Shown one piece after another: positions 1 through 8,750 of a stretch of DNA of 64,000 nucleotides. Position 1 is the stretch's first letter; each line of letters opens with the position of its first letter. The notes under the pieces were generated by a model. It was not told where the DNA came from. It did no database searches and was given only the letters and a program-made list of their open reading frames with translations. The stretch comes from Acidimicrobiia bacterium (GTDB taxonomy: Bacteria; Actinomycetota; Acidimicrobiia; Actinomarinales; Actinomarinaceae). The DNA lies in the NCBI GenBank assembly GCA_028376655.1, contig JAONAZ010000002.1, forward strand, positions 69,029 through 133,028, read 5' to 3'. Both the position numbers and the translations under genes were made by a program.

Positions 1-95
1 TCAGCATTCGAAGCTTTTATAACTGTTGATTGAAAAGTCGGAGTCCACGCTTTAGGAATGTTTGCCTCTAATTGATCTTGAACTAATTTTGACAT
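1..95 (-). CDS. 5' end of an unidentified CDS that runs off the window (MSKLVQDQLEANIPKAWTPTFQSTVIKASNA...)
   Basis: ATG at 95-93 on the minus strand opens a stop-free frame to position 1. Only 31 codons are visible and none form a recognisable motif. Confidence 0.3.
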   Translation of the reverse strand, partial: MSKLVQDQLEANIPKAWTPTFQSTVIKASNA

Positions 96-156
96 AAATT
101 CACTGTAACTGAAATAAAATTAATACTCAATTTAATTACTACTAAAATAGATATGT

Positions 157-528
157 ATGATTAACAATTTTCATGGTGTTTGGGCATTAATAAGTATTTG
201 GGTTGCTGGTATTAGTGGCGTAATTTTAATTGGGATTTATATTTCAAGATCTACAAAGTACGAAAAAATTGGTACTTACTTAATTAATCTTTCAATATCA
301 ACAATATTAATTCAAACTGCAGGGGGTTTAATATTATATTCTCAAAAAAATGATCCTGGATCATTCCATCTTTTTTACGGTGTTGTTGTTTTATTTACAC
401 TTACATTTTTATATGTTTACAGAGGTGAAATGAGTAAAAATTATTATTTATATTGGGGACTAGCGCTCTTATTCTTGATGGGTCTTGAAATAAGAGCCGT
501 AATGACACTAGGAAGAATACTAGATTAA
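157..528 (+). CDS. small integral membrane protein (about 4 TM helices), function unknown
   Basis: 123-aa ORF with four hydrophobic stretches. Its stop abuts the ATG of the next gene (528/529), so it looks like the first gene of a tightly packed 5-gene block. Confidence 0.6.
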   Translation: MINNFHGVWALISIWVAGISGVILIGIYISRSTKYEKIGTYLINLSISTILIQTAGGLILYSQKNDPGSFHLFYGVVVLFTLTFLYVYRGEMSKNYYLYWGLALLFLMGLEIRAVMTLGRILD

Positions 529-1239
529 ATGGCATTTCAACTTCTTTCAGATGGTACTACCTTTGCTTATTCAAATATTCAAAATCCTACAGTTTGTTAT
601 CTTCATGGATGGGGGAGAGATAGTAAGGATTTCTCCAAAATTATAGAACTACTTCCTGGAATTGCCGTAGATCTTCCTGGATTTGGAAAAACTCAAAATT
701 TAAATGAAAGTATGAATCCATATCAGTATGCAGTTTATTTGGACAATTTACTCCCAACTGAGATTTCTACTCTTGTTGGACATTCATTTGGTGGGAGAGT
801 AGCTGTTCACCTATCCCTTTTGAGGGAAATTAATAACCTTGTATTAATAGGCGTTCCCCTTATCTCGAATCCAGTAAAAACCAGTCGTATAAATAAATTA
901 AGTACTCTTAAATTTTTAAATAAAATTGGGTTAGTCTCCAATAATTATATTGAATTGCTTAAAAATAAATCTGGATCGATAGACTATAGAAATTCTGAAG
1001 GCGTTATGAGGGATACTTTAGTGAAGGCAGTAAATGATGATTTAGAAAGAAAACTTTCTTTAATCCAATCTAATGTGAACTTAATTTGGGGTGAAGATGA
1101 TAAAGAGGTACCTATATCTATAGGAAAGATAGCTAACAAACTAATTTCTAATTCAAAATTAACTATTATTCCCAATCATGGGCACAATATGTTAAGAAGT
1201 AATCCTGATTCAATTGTTGAGGTACTTAAGAAATTATGA
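529..1239 (+). CDS. alpha/beta-fold hydrolase (esterase/lipase-like)
   Basis: HGWG oxyanion-type motif and nucleophile elbow GHSFGG. A C-terminal HGHN supplies a likely catalytic His. 236 aa. Confidence 0.75.
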   Translation: MAFQLLSDGTTFAYSNIQNPTVCYLHGWGRDSKDFSKIIELLPGIAVDLPGFGKTQNLNESMNPYQYAVYLDNLLPTEISTLVGHSFGGRVAVHLSLLREINNLVLIGVPLISNPVKTSRINKLSTLKFLNKIGLVSNNYIELLKNKSGSIDYRNSEGVMRDTLVKAVNDDLERKLSLIQSNVNLIWGEDDKEVPISIGKIANKLISNSKLTIIPNHGHNMLRSNPDSIVEVLKKL

Positions 1240-2762
1240 ATACACTATATCTAATTGTATTATTTAGCCTAACTGTAGGGTCTTTAGTGAATTCACTTAA
1301 ATGGTCAAGACTTGGACAGAGAGAGCACTACATTGGAGGCTCAGTTACTAGGTTTTATTTCAGATGGGTAAAATCTAAAACGTCCAACTATATGCTATTT
1401 ATTTTATTATTAATCTGTGGAATTATTTCACTGTGGATTGCATATTTTCCATTTATAGTGATAATCCTGACAATTCTTACTCCAATAGGATTGACTTTCT
1501 CATCTAGAACTTCGAAAGTTGTTAAAACGGAGAGACTTTCAAGAGTAAACAATTTTTATTATTTTGTAATTATTTCTATATCTGCTGTTTCACTTGTTGT
1601 TGAATTAGGTTATTTATTGGCTCTGCTGGCCAATATATTCAGCTACTACGTATATGACCAGTGTTTAAAAATATTAGCAAATTATGAGAAATCTTTATCA
1701 CAACATTTTGTAGATAGCGCATCACAGAAACTGAAAGAAATGCAAATTCCGATAGTAGCTATAACTGGGTCGTATTCTAAAACCACAACTAAAAACGTAC
1801 TCAATCAAATATTAAACACAGAAAACAAAATATTTTCAACTAAGGAGAGTTTTAATAATAGGTTGGGAATAGCTAAGGCAATTAATGAAGATCTCAATTC
1901 TTCTGATGAATTGGCAATAGTTGAAATGGGTACATATGGTATTGGAGAAATACGAGAAATGTGTTCATGGGTAAAGCCACATATTTCAGTTATCACTGGA
2001 ATTGCACCTGTACATTTAGAAAGAATGAAAAACTTGGAAAATATCCTTGATGCTAAATCAGAAATAGTTGAACTTGCTGGTTCAGTTGTGATTAATGGTG
2101 ATGATGAGTTATTGCTTAATCAAGCTAGAACCTGGACAACCCAAAAGATAGTTTACGATTGTTCAACAACAAGTAAGCAAGCTGTGGTTTTTGTAGATTA
2201 TAAAGATGGTGTACATCATATCTATGTAAAAGGTAAGATCGTTTCAAAAGTATCTGCATCCGAATTATTGCAACTTTCAATAGCATTATCAACGGGTGTA
2301 TTGCTAGCTCTCGAATTAGATGTACATAATTATTTCTCGGATGTTAAACATCTAGAGAAAACGACACATCGGCAAACGACAATAGAAAGTGATCTCGGAC
2401 ATAAAATTATTGATAACTCTTTCAATTCAAATCCTATGGGTATTGAACACTCATTAAAACTTTTAAACTCCGAAGGGGAAGAGAAATCATCCAAGTATCT
2501 TGTAACACCTGGAATGATTGAACTTGGAAATGATCAATTTTCTCTTAATTATGCTTTTGGCGTAGAGTCAAGCAACTTTATTGATGCAGCCCTAATTGTA
2601 GGTTATACAAATAAAAATTCACTTCTTTTAGCTTTTCAAGAAAATTCAATTCCATCTTTTTGGTTTCCTACTAGAGATGAAGCTGTAAAATATTTGAATA
2701 CTATTATAAAACCAGAAGATGTTGTATTATTTGAAAATGATTTACCTGACCACTATCCATAA
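1236..2762 (+). CDS. murF: MurF-like Mur ligase (UDP-MurNAc-tripeptide--D-Ala-D-Ala ligase family) with an N-terminal polytopic membrane domain replacing the usual domain 1
   Basis: P-loop ITGSYSKTTTK; VEMGTYGIGEI; PHISVITGIAPVHLE; INGDD; C-terminal domain motifs DNSFNSNP and TPGMIELG (MurF-type). Residues 1-150 are 4-5 hydrophobic helices. ATGA overlap with the upstream gene. Confidence 0.65.
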   Translation: MNTLYLIVLFSLTVGSLVNSLKWSRLGQREHYIGGSVTRFYFRWVKSKTSNYMLFILLLICGIISLWIAYFPFIVIILTILTPIGLTFSSRTSKVVKTERLSRVNNFYYFVIISISAVSLVVELGYLLALLANIFSYYVYDQCLKILANYEKSLSQHFVDSASQKLKEMQIPIVAITGSYSKTTTKNVLNQILNTENKIFSTKESFNNRLGIAKAINEDLNSSDELAIVEMGTYGIGEIREMCSWVKPHISVITGIAPVHLERMKNLENILDAKSEIVELAGSVVINGDDELLLNQARTWTTQKIVYDCSTTSKQAVVFVDYKDGVHHIYVKGKIVSKVSASELLQLSIALSTGVLLALELDVHNYFSDVKHLEKTTHRQTTIESDLGHKIIDNSFNSNPMGIEHSLKLLNSEGEEKSSKYLVTPGMIELGNDQFSLNYAFGVESSNFIDAALIVGYTNKNSLLLAFQENSIPSFWFPTRDEAVKYLNTIIKPEDVVLFENDLPDHYP

Positions 2763-2764
2763 TA

Positions 2765-3844
2765 ATGAATTTTAAAATAGCAGTTATTATTGGAGGTCCT
2801 TCTCCTGAACACGATATATCTATTTTGACTGGTCTTCAAAGTGCCAGAGTCTTATCAGTTAAAAACGATGTATCAATTATTTACTGGACGAAGGACAATA
2901 ACTGGTATCTACTTGATTCTGATCTAGAATCTACTGATTTCATAGAAAATTCAATAAACTTTTCTAAAGAATTACATTTATCTTTAGGAAAAGATAATTG
3001 TTTTCTCTACAAAAGAAAAAAAATAGAGTTTGATATTTTTGTTAATTCTTGTCACGGTGGTCCAGGCGAAGATGGAAGCCTTCAAGGACTATTAGAAATA
3101 ATGGATGTTAAATATACTGGTCCAAACCTACAAACTGCCCAACTTTGTATGGATAAATATGCTTTTTATTCACTTATGAAAACAAATAATCTACCTGTTT
3201 TAGATAAATTTAGAATTCAAAAAAATGTTACACCAAACTTTAAGGGTCCTTATGTATTGAAACCACAATTTGGGGGTTCATCTATTGGAGTCGAGCTCGT
3301 AGAAGATTACGAAACAGCTCTTAAAATATCAGAATCATCAGATCTTTATGAAAGGGGTGCACTATTAGAGCAGTATCTTGAAAATGCAGATGATTTATTA
3401 ATTGGTGTAAGAAATTATCCAGAGTTTAATTTTTCAGAAATAGAAAAACCAATCAGAAATTCAAATCTTTTTTCATACGAGGAAAAATATCTTAACAATG
3501 GAGGGCTAGAAGGTTCTAAAAGAGAACTTCCAGCAGTATTATCCGAAAAGATTTGTAACAATATATATTCCTATATAGAAAAAATTAATAAGATCATACC
3601 TTCTCGTGGAATAGTTCGTTATGATTTCTTAAAAATTGAAGACGAAGTTTATATAAATGAAATAAATACTATTCCTGGTAGCCATGCACTTTATCTTTGG
3701 AAGAATTTGAATATTTCTAAGTATGATTTATTACATAATATGGTCCTAGAGGGATTAAACGAAAAGTCTAATCAGTGGAGTATTCAAGGTTCTGATGGTA
3801 TGGCTTTAAGAAGTGCTAAAGATATCAATTCTAAGCTCGGGTAA
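2765..3844 (+). CDS. ddl: D-alanine--D-alanine ligase
   Basis: ATP-grasp fold. Motif CHGGPGEDGSLQGLLE, then LKPQFGGSSIGV and C-terminal YINEINTIPG. 359 aa. Confidence 0.9.
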   Translation: MNFKIAVIIGGPSPEHDISILTGLQSARVLSVKNDVSIIYWTKDNNWYLLDSDLESTDFIENSINFSKELHLSLGKDNCFLYKRKKIEFDIFVNSCHGGPGEDGSLQGLLEIMDVKYTGPNLQTAQLCMDKYAFYSLMKTNNLPVLDKFRIQKNVTPNFKGPYVLKPQFGGSSIGVELVEDYETALKISESSDLYERGALLEQYLENADDLLIGVRNYPEFNFSEIEKPIRNSNLFSYEEKYLNNGGLEGSKRELPAVLSEKICNNIYSYIEKINKIIPSRGIVRYDFLKIEDEVYINEINTIPGSHALYLWKNLNISKYDLLHNMVLEGLNEKSNQWSIQGSDGMALRSAKDINSKLG

Positions 3845-3845
3845 A

Positions 3846-4484
3846 ATGACGGGAATATATTGGGATTGTGACGGCACTCTTATGGATACCGAAAAGGCTT
3901 ATGCGTATGCATGGAAAGATGTTCTAAAAAAAAGAAATCTTAATTTACCCATTGAAAAGTTTGATGATTATGTAGGTATAGATGACAAATTAGTCCACAA
4001 AAAATATTCTGAACAAGTTGACCTTCCCTCATTTAGTGAAACTATGGATGAAATAGCAGCACTAATTATTGAAAACTTTTCAGATCATACAATTTTTAAT
4101 GATGCCTTAGTATGTTTGGAATATTTACAAGATTTAAACTGGAAACAGGCTTGTGTTTCCGCATCACCACAACAAGCATTAGAAGATAAACTTAAAAAAG
4201 CTGATATTTCAGATTATTTTGATTTTGTAGTTGGAGGTGACAAAGTGCGTCCTAGAAATAAACCATTTCCAGATATTTATAATTTAGCAATTAAAGAATT
4301 GAAAACTACAAATAATATTATCGTAGAAGACAGTCCTCCAGGAATTCAAGCTGGTAAAGCATCAAACAATTTTGTTGTTGCTATCGATAGGGGAGTTTTT
4401 ACTGGCAAAGATCTCTCAAATGCAGATCTTATAGTTGATGAACTTACTCCTAAAATCTTTATTGATATAAACAAAAGCCTTTAA
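3846..4484 (+). CDS. HAD-superfamily hydrolase (beta-phosphoglucomutase/phosphatase subfamily IA)
   Basis: Motif I is WDCDGTLMDTE; motif IV region is VEDSPPGIQAG. I prefer the ATG at 3846 (MTGIYWDCDG), 1 nt after the ddl stop, over the ORF-track start at 3813. Confidence 0.8.
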   Translation: MTGIYWDCDGTLMDTEKAYAYAWKDVLKKRNLNLPIEKFDDYVGIDDKLVHKKYSEQVDLPSFSETMDEIAALIIENFSDHTIFNDALVCLEYLQDLNWKQACVSASPQQALEDKLKKADISDYFDFVVGGDKVRPRNKPFPDIYNLAIKELKTTNNIIVEDSPPGIQAGKASNNFVVAIDRGVFTGKDLSNADLIVDELTPKIFIDINKSL

Positions 4485-4537
4485 TTATTGAATATATCCC
4501 ATTTAAATTACAAAACCGACTTAGGCGCAATTTGTGT

Positions 4538-4960
4538 CTAAGTTAGAGTAAGTATCATAATTGGGATTTTCCTGTCTGTCCTCTTCTGATAACTTTCATA
4601 TCCACCATTATTTAAATAATCCATTTTTATCCACCACTCATTACGTTCTTCGTTAAAAATTTCTCTTGAAGTAACTTGATACTTATCAGTTCCAATTGAT
4701 ATTGTAGATATGTGACTTTTTTTTAAATTATAATACCATCCAGGATTTCTCTCACTTCCGCCTCTAGACGCAACCAAACAAATTTCATTACCTTCTTTAA
4801 GGTAAACCAGAACGTTCTTTCTTACTAATTGTGTTTTGGCACCTATTGTCTCAAGTATTAAACATGGTCTACCGTTTAAATTTTTACCAATTCTTCCTTT
4901 TGAATAAATGTATGTATAGTTATGAAAAAACAGAAATAGAAATATAAGTTTTCTTTTCAT
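4538..4960 (-). CDS. deazaflavin (F420)-dependent nitroreductase/Ddn-family protein (PNPOx-like split barrel)
   Basis: LILETIGAKTQLVRKNVLVY...ASRGGSERNPGWYYNLK matches the Ddn-family core (GxxxxPxWYxNL). The ATG at 4960-4958 overlaps the upstream TGA (4959-4957) as ATGA, so I prefer it to the track start at 4987. Confidence 0.7.
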   Translation of the reverse strand: MKRKLIFLFLFFHNYTYIYSKGRIGKNLNGRPCLILETIGAKTQLVRKNVLVYLKEGNEICLVASRGGSERNPGWYYNLKKSHISTISIGTDKYQVTSREIFNEERNEWWIKMDYLNNGGYESYQKRTDRKIPIMILTLT

Positions 4961-6150
4961 ACTGTCAAAGAAATTTTCTTTTTCCATGAGGTATAGCTTT
5001 TGGGATAAAAATCTATTGGTTCAGCAAGCCTGCTAGTAGGAAACTCAACTTCAGGATGATTACTTTTGGTTATATTTTGATACTTTGGCACACAAGCATG
5101 TGTTACTGAATATTTATAGTTTTTTAAGATAATTTTTGGGTCATCGACAAATATTGATAGTTCTTTCTTAGCTGAAAGTTCCCTTAGTGTATCCAGTAAA
5201 AAGATAATCCTTTTTGAAGAAAGTTTTATTTTTTTTAAGAGTATTTCATCAAATATAAAGATTACAGGAAGATTTGGATTAGCTTTCATTGCTGCATCAT
5301 CGTCACCTAATGATTCTCCTGTTAGCCAAACTATTTCTGGTTTGGTTCCAGAATCTATTATTTTTGTTGGGCCGAATTTTTCAATTATATCAAAATTCAT
5401 TAATTGATTAACTGGTTCGAATTTAGATTCATTAGGCCATGTTTGTATCGGACATGTATATTGAAGTTTACAATCTCGACAAAGATTAGGCGCTCTATTC
5501 TTAACTTGAGACTGTGCAAAACCATATAATTTACCAGTTTGTCCACCCATTACCCATTGCCAACCCAGTCTATTTGCAAATCTTGATCCATCGACTAAAT
5601 GTTTAAACATATAATCTTCATAATCAGTCCAATTCTCACCTGCTCTGAAACTATGATGCGATGAATACCACATTCTTGTCTGGTTTACCATATAGCCCGT
5701 ATCAGTTAATTCTTTTTGTATTGTTTGTATACAATTCATTTCAGTTGTATCAATTTCTTTGTTGTTATTCTTCATAGAATAATTAAGCATTTTTTTCATC
5801 TTTTTACCCATGATTGCATACATATGCCTAGAAAATTCTTGCCAAAGTAGTTCATCTCTAAATTTTGTACGATCTTCATGTGGAAAATCAACAACCGCAT
5901 CCCACACTTCATTTAGCCCAAGTAGTCCATGTCTTATGTACGGAGATAGATAAGATGAGCCTCTCTTAGTTTCGGGATATACGTTGTTCCTTTTCTTTGA
6001 GTACCCTTTAATGTTAATATTTCTTAACTTCTCATCGGCTTGAGATTGACCACCTTTAAAAATCGATTCTGTATATTCATCACAAATAAGATGTGAAAAA
6101 TGTTTGTCGATAATTAATTTGTTAGATTCATTGATGATAATTTCAGACAT
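4957..6150 (-). CDS. Fe-S type bacterial cryptochrome/(6-4) photolyase-like protein with apparently permuted domain order
   Basis: FAD-domain motifs occur in N-terminal position: SYLSPYIRHGLLG, ELLWQEFSRH, TGYMVNQTRMWY, RLGWQWVMG. The four-Cys pattern MNC...CRDCKLQYTC matches the FeS-BCP cluster ligands. C-terminal residues 271-397 resemble the photolyase N-terminal alpha/beta domain. Confidence 0.7.
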   Translation of the reverse strand: MSEIIINESNKLIIDKHFSHLICDEYTESIFKGGQSQADEKLRNINIKGYSKKRNNVYPETKRGSSYLSPYIRHGLLGLNEVWDAVVDFPHEDRTKFRDELLWQEFSRHMYAIMGKKMKKMLNYSMKNNNKEIDTTEMNCIQTIQKELTDTGYMVNQTRMWYSSHHSFRAGENWTDYEDYMFKHLVDGSRFANRLGWQWVMGGQTGKLYGFAQSQVKNRAPNLCRDCKLQYTCPIQTWPNESKFEPVNQLMNFDIIEKFGPTKIIDSGTKPEIVWLTGESLGDDDAAMKANPNLPVIFIFDEILLKKIKLSSKRIIFLLDTLRELSAKKELSIFVDDPKIILKNYKYSVTHACVPKYQNITKSNHPEVEFPTSRLAEPIDFYPKSYTSWKKKISLTV

Positions 6151-6159
6151 TAAAGAATA

Positions 6160-6375
6160 TTAGTATCCACCTTGTCCAATTTTCACATTAGAAATAGTTT
6201 GAACATTATCTACATCATTTATTTCAAAATTTATTCTTTGACCCTGTCTTAAGGTTCTAAAAATTGACCCTTTAAGTGAACCGGGTTGTAAGTATACTTC
6301 AGTTTTATCTGTGTCAAGAACCACGATACCATTACCAGAGTTAGGATCATATGATTTAACAACACCCTGAGCCAT
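6160..6375 (-). CDS. degenerate cold-shock-domain-like OB-fold protein
   Basis: 71 aa. The overall spacing fits CspA (GVVKSY..SGNGIVV...EVYLQP...LRQGQRINFEI), but the RNP1/RNP2 aromatic residues are replaced. Abuts rpmB. Confidence 0.45.
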   Translation of the reverse strand: MAQGVVKSYDPNSGNGIVVLDTDKTEVYLQPGSLKGSIFRTLRQGQRINFEINDVDNVQTISNVKIGQGGY

Positions 6376-6564
6376 TTAAACTTTAGTTACTTTTCCAGCT
6401 TTCAAGCAAGATGTACAAACCTTTACTTTTTTTGTATTTGTGCTGTCAGCTACTTTAACTTTTTGGATATTAGCAGACCATTTTTTACTTGATCTCTTGT
6501 GAGAAAAAGATACTTGTTTTCCGAACCAAGGTCCTTTTCCACATACTTCACATTTTTTTGCCAT
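6376..6564 (-). CDS. rpmB: 50S ribosomal protein L28 (Zn-ribbon C+ form)
   Basis: MAKKCEVCGKGPWFGKQVSFSHKRSSKKW...CTSC. Typical L28 with two CxxC pairs. Confidence 0.95.
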   Translation of the reverse strand: MAKKCEVCGKGPWFGKQVSFSHKRSSKKWSANIQKVKVADSTNTKKVKVCTSCLKAGKVTKV

Positions 6565-6647
6565 TATTTTCCTCTGAATTTACATTATAACTATAACTAA
6601 TCTATTGACTATTAGGTACTTTGAATTAAAAAGTTTTTAGCTATTGT

Positions 6648-8750
6648 TTGAATGTGGTTAAAAGGGAAATTTATTATCTAGATAATATTAATGTATCCGA
6701 AATAAAGGGTTTCGGAGAAAAACGTATTAAATCTTTAAATAAAAATGGGATAAAAAGCATAATTGATCTTATAAGATTTTACCCCCGTAAGCACATTGAT
6801 CGATCAAGTATTTTAACAATTGAAGATGTTGGTAATTTGTTTGAAATTAAAGAGATAACCGTTCTAGTAAATATCACAAAAGTATCAGTTTTCACAACTA
6901 GGAGCAGATTAAGAATAGCTACTCTTTCAGTATCTGATAATACGGGAGTTGCAAAGGCTAAATGGTTCGGACCTCAGTATATTGAGACCCGATTTAAAGA
7001 GGGTGACACAGTTGCCATTTCTGGAATCCCAGAAGTGAAGAAAACCGGATCTGTGGAATTTAAAAATGCCACTATAGAAAAATACTTAGATGCAGATGAA
7101 TTGAATGAAACAGGTGCTTTAATACCTATTTATAAAAAAATAGAGGGACTATCTAGCTCTCTTATACGAAAAGGTATCAAACATGCGCTCAAAAGATCAC
7201 CTGAAATCGAAGATTATATGAACATACAGCAAATAACTGAGTACGAGTTACTTGATAGGACAACAAGTTTTAATGATATACACTTTCCAGAGAGTTTAGA
7301 TGAATATTATAGAGCTAAAAAAAGACTTGCATTTGATGAGTTTATTTACTTACAAACAATTTTTAAGAGGAAAAAAAAGTCCAATAAACTTATTGTTGGC
7401 AGCGAAAAAATAGAAACAAACAATAACTTAGTTGATACTTTTACCGCGAACCTTGATTTCGAACTAACCAAGGCACAAAAAAGAACAATAAATGAAATAT
7501 TGAAAGATATGAATAAAAAATCTGCAATGAAAAGATTACTGCAGGGTGATGTTGGTTCCGGAAAAACAATAGTTGCTGCATGTGCTGTTTTTTCAGTTAT
7601 TAATGCTGGGTTTAAAGCGGCTTTGATGGCACCTACAGAAGTTCTTGCTGAACAGCATTACAATTCTTTAAATCCAATCCTAAAGAAATATAATATTAAA
7701 ACTTATCTTTTAACATCTTCAGTAAAAGATAGATCTGAGATTCTTAAACAGATGTCTTCTTCAGATCCAGTATTTTTTATAGGGACTCATGCACTAATCC
7801 AGGAAAATGTTCACTTCAATAATCTAGGTTTAGCCATTATTGATGAACAACAACGTTTTGGTGTAGATCAAAGAAAAAAACTCATTGAATCAAGCAACAT
7901 AATTCCACATCAGATCGTCATGACAGCAACACCTATTCCAAGAACAACAGCATTAGCTGTATATGGTGATTTGGATATTTCAGTAATAGATGAGTTACCT
8001 CCAGGACGTAAAGAAATAGAAAACATTTTACTATCGGGAGATGAATCAGATAACGATGTTGTTATAGATTATTGCAAGGAACATTTAAAAAATAAATCTC
8101 AAATATTTATCGTTTGTCCGTACATAGATGAAAGTGAAAATAAAGATATAAAAGCAGCTGAAAATGTTTATAAACAATATTTAAATCTATTTCCAAATAA
8201 TAAAATTAAACTTCTACACGGCCGCATGAAATCTGAGGAAAAAGAGCTGATTATGTCCGAAATGAATATTGGGCAAATCGACATATTGATATCGACCGTA
8301 GTAATAGAAGTTGGAATAGATATCCCAAATGCAACTTTGATTGTTATAGAAAGTGCAGAAAGATTTGGTTTGAACCAACTACATCAACTGAGGGGGAGAG
8401 TTGGTAGAGGGACTATAAATTCTCAGTGTATTTTTCACATAAGCAATAAGTTAGATTTAGACACTGTAACCGAAGTTGGTAAGCAAAGATTAAAAGCAAT
8501 CATTTCAACAAACGATGGTTTTAAATTATCAGAGCTAGATTTACAAATAAGAGGTGAGGGTAAAGTAACTGGTACTGACCAATCTGGATTATCAGATTTG
8601 AAAATTGCAGATTTAAGATATGATTTCGATATTTTAAACTTGTCAAAAAGATTCTTTAAAAAAGAAATCACACCCGAACTTGAAGAGAAAATATATAATG
8701 AGGCCACTTTGCTATTTCCAAACTTTTTGAAAGTCGAAGATACAACATGA
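6648..8750 (+). CDS. recG: ATP-dependent DNA helicase RecG
   Basis: N-terminal wedge/OB domain, Walker A GDVGSGKT, DEQQRFG box, QLHQLRGRVGRG motif VI. 700 aa. TTG start (GVG at 6654 possible). Confidence 0.95.
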   Translation: MNVVKREIYYLDNINVSEIKGFGEKRIKSLNKNGIKSIIDLIRFYPRKHIDRSSILTIEDVGNLFEIKEITVLVNITKVSVFTTRSRLRIATLSVSDNTGVAKAKWFGPQYIETRFKEGDTVAISGIPEVKKTGSVEFKNATIEKYLDADELNETGALIPIYKKIEGLSSSLIRKGIKHALKRSPEIEDYMNIQQITEYELLDRTTSFNDIHFPESLDEYYRAKKRLAFDEFIYLQTIFKRKKKSNKLIVGSEKIETNNNLVDTFTANLDFELTKAQKRTINEILKDMNKKSAMKRLLQGDVGSGKTIVAACAVFSVINAGFKAALMAPTEVLAEQHYNSLNPILKKYNIKTYLLTSSVKDRSEILKQMSSSDPVFFIGTHALIQENVHFNNLGLAIIDEQQRFGVDQRKKLIESSNIIPHQIVMTATPIPRTTALAVYGDLDISVIDELPPGRKEIENILLSGDESDNDVVIDYCKEHLKNKSQIFIVCPYIDESENKDIKAAENVYKQYLNLFPNNKIKLLHGRMKSEEKELIMSEMNIGQIDILISTVVIEVGIDIPNATLIVIESAERFGLNQLHQLRGRVGRGTINSQCIFHISNKLDLDTVTEVGKQRLKAIISTNDGFKLSELDLQIRGEGKVTGTDQSGLSDLKIADLRYDFDILNLSKRFFKKEITPELEEKIYNEATLLFPNFLKVEDTT

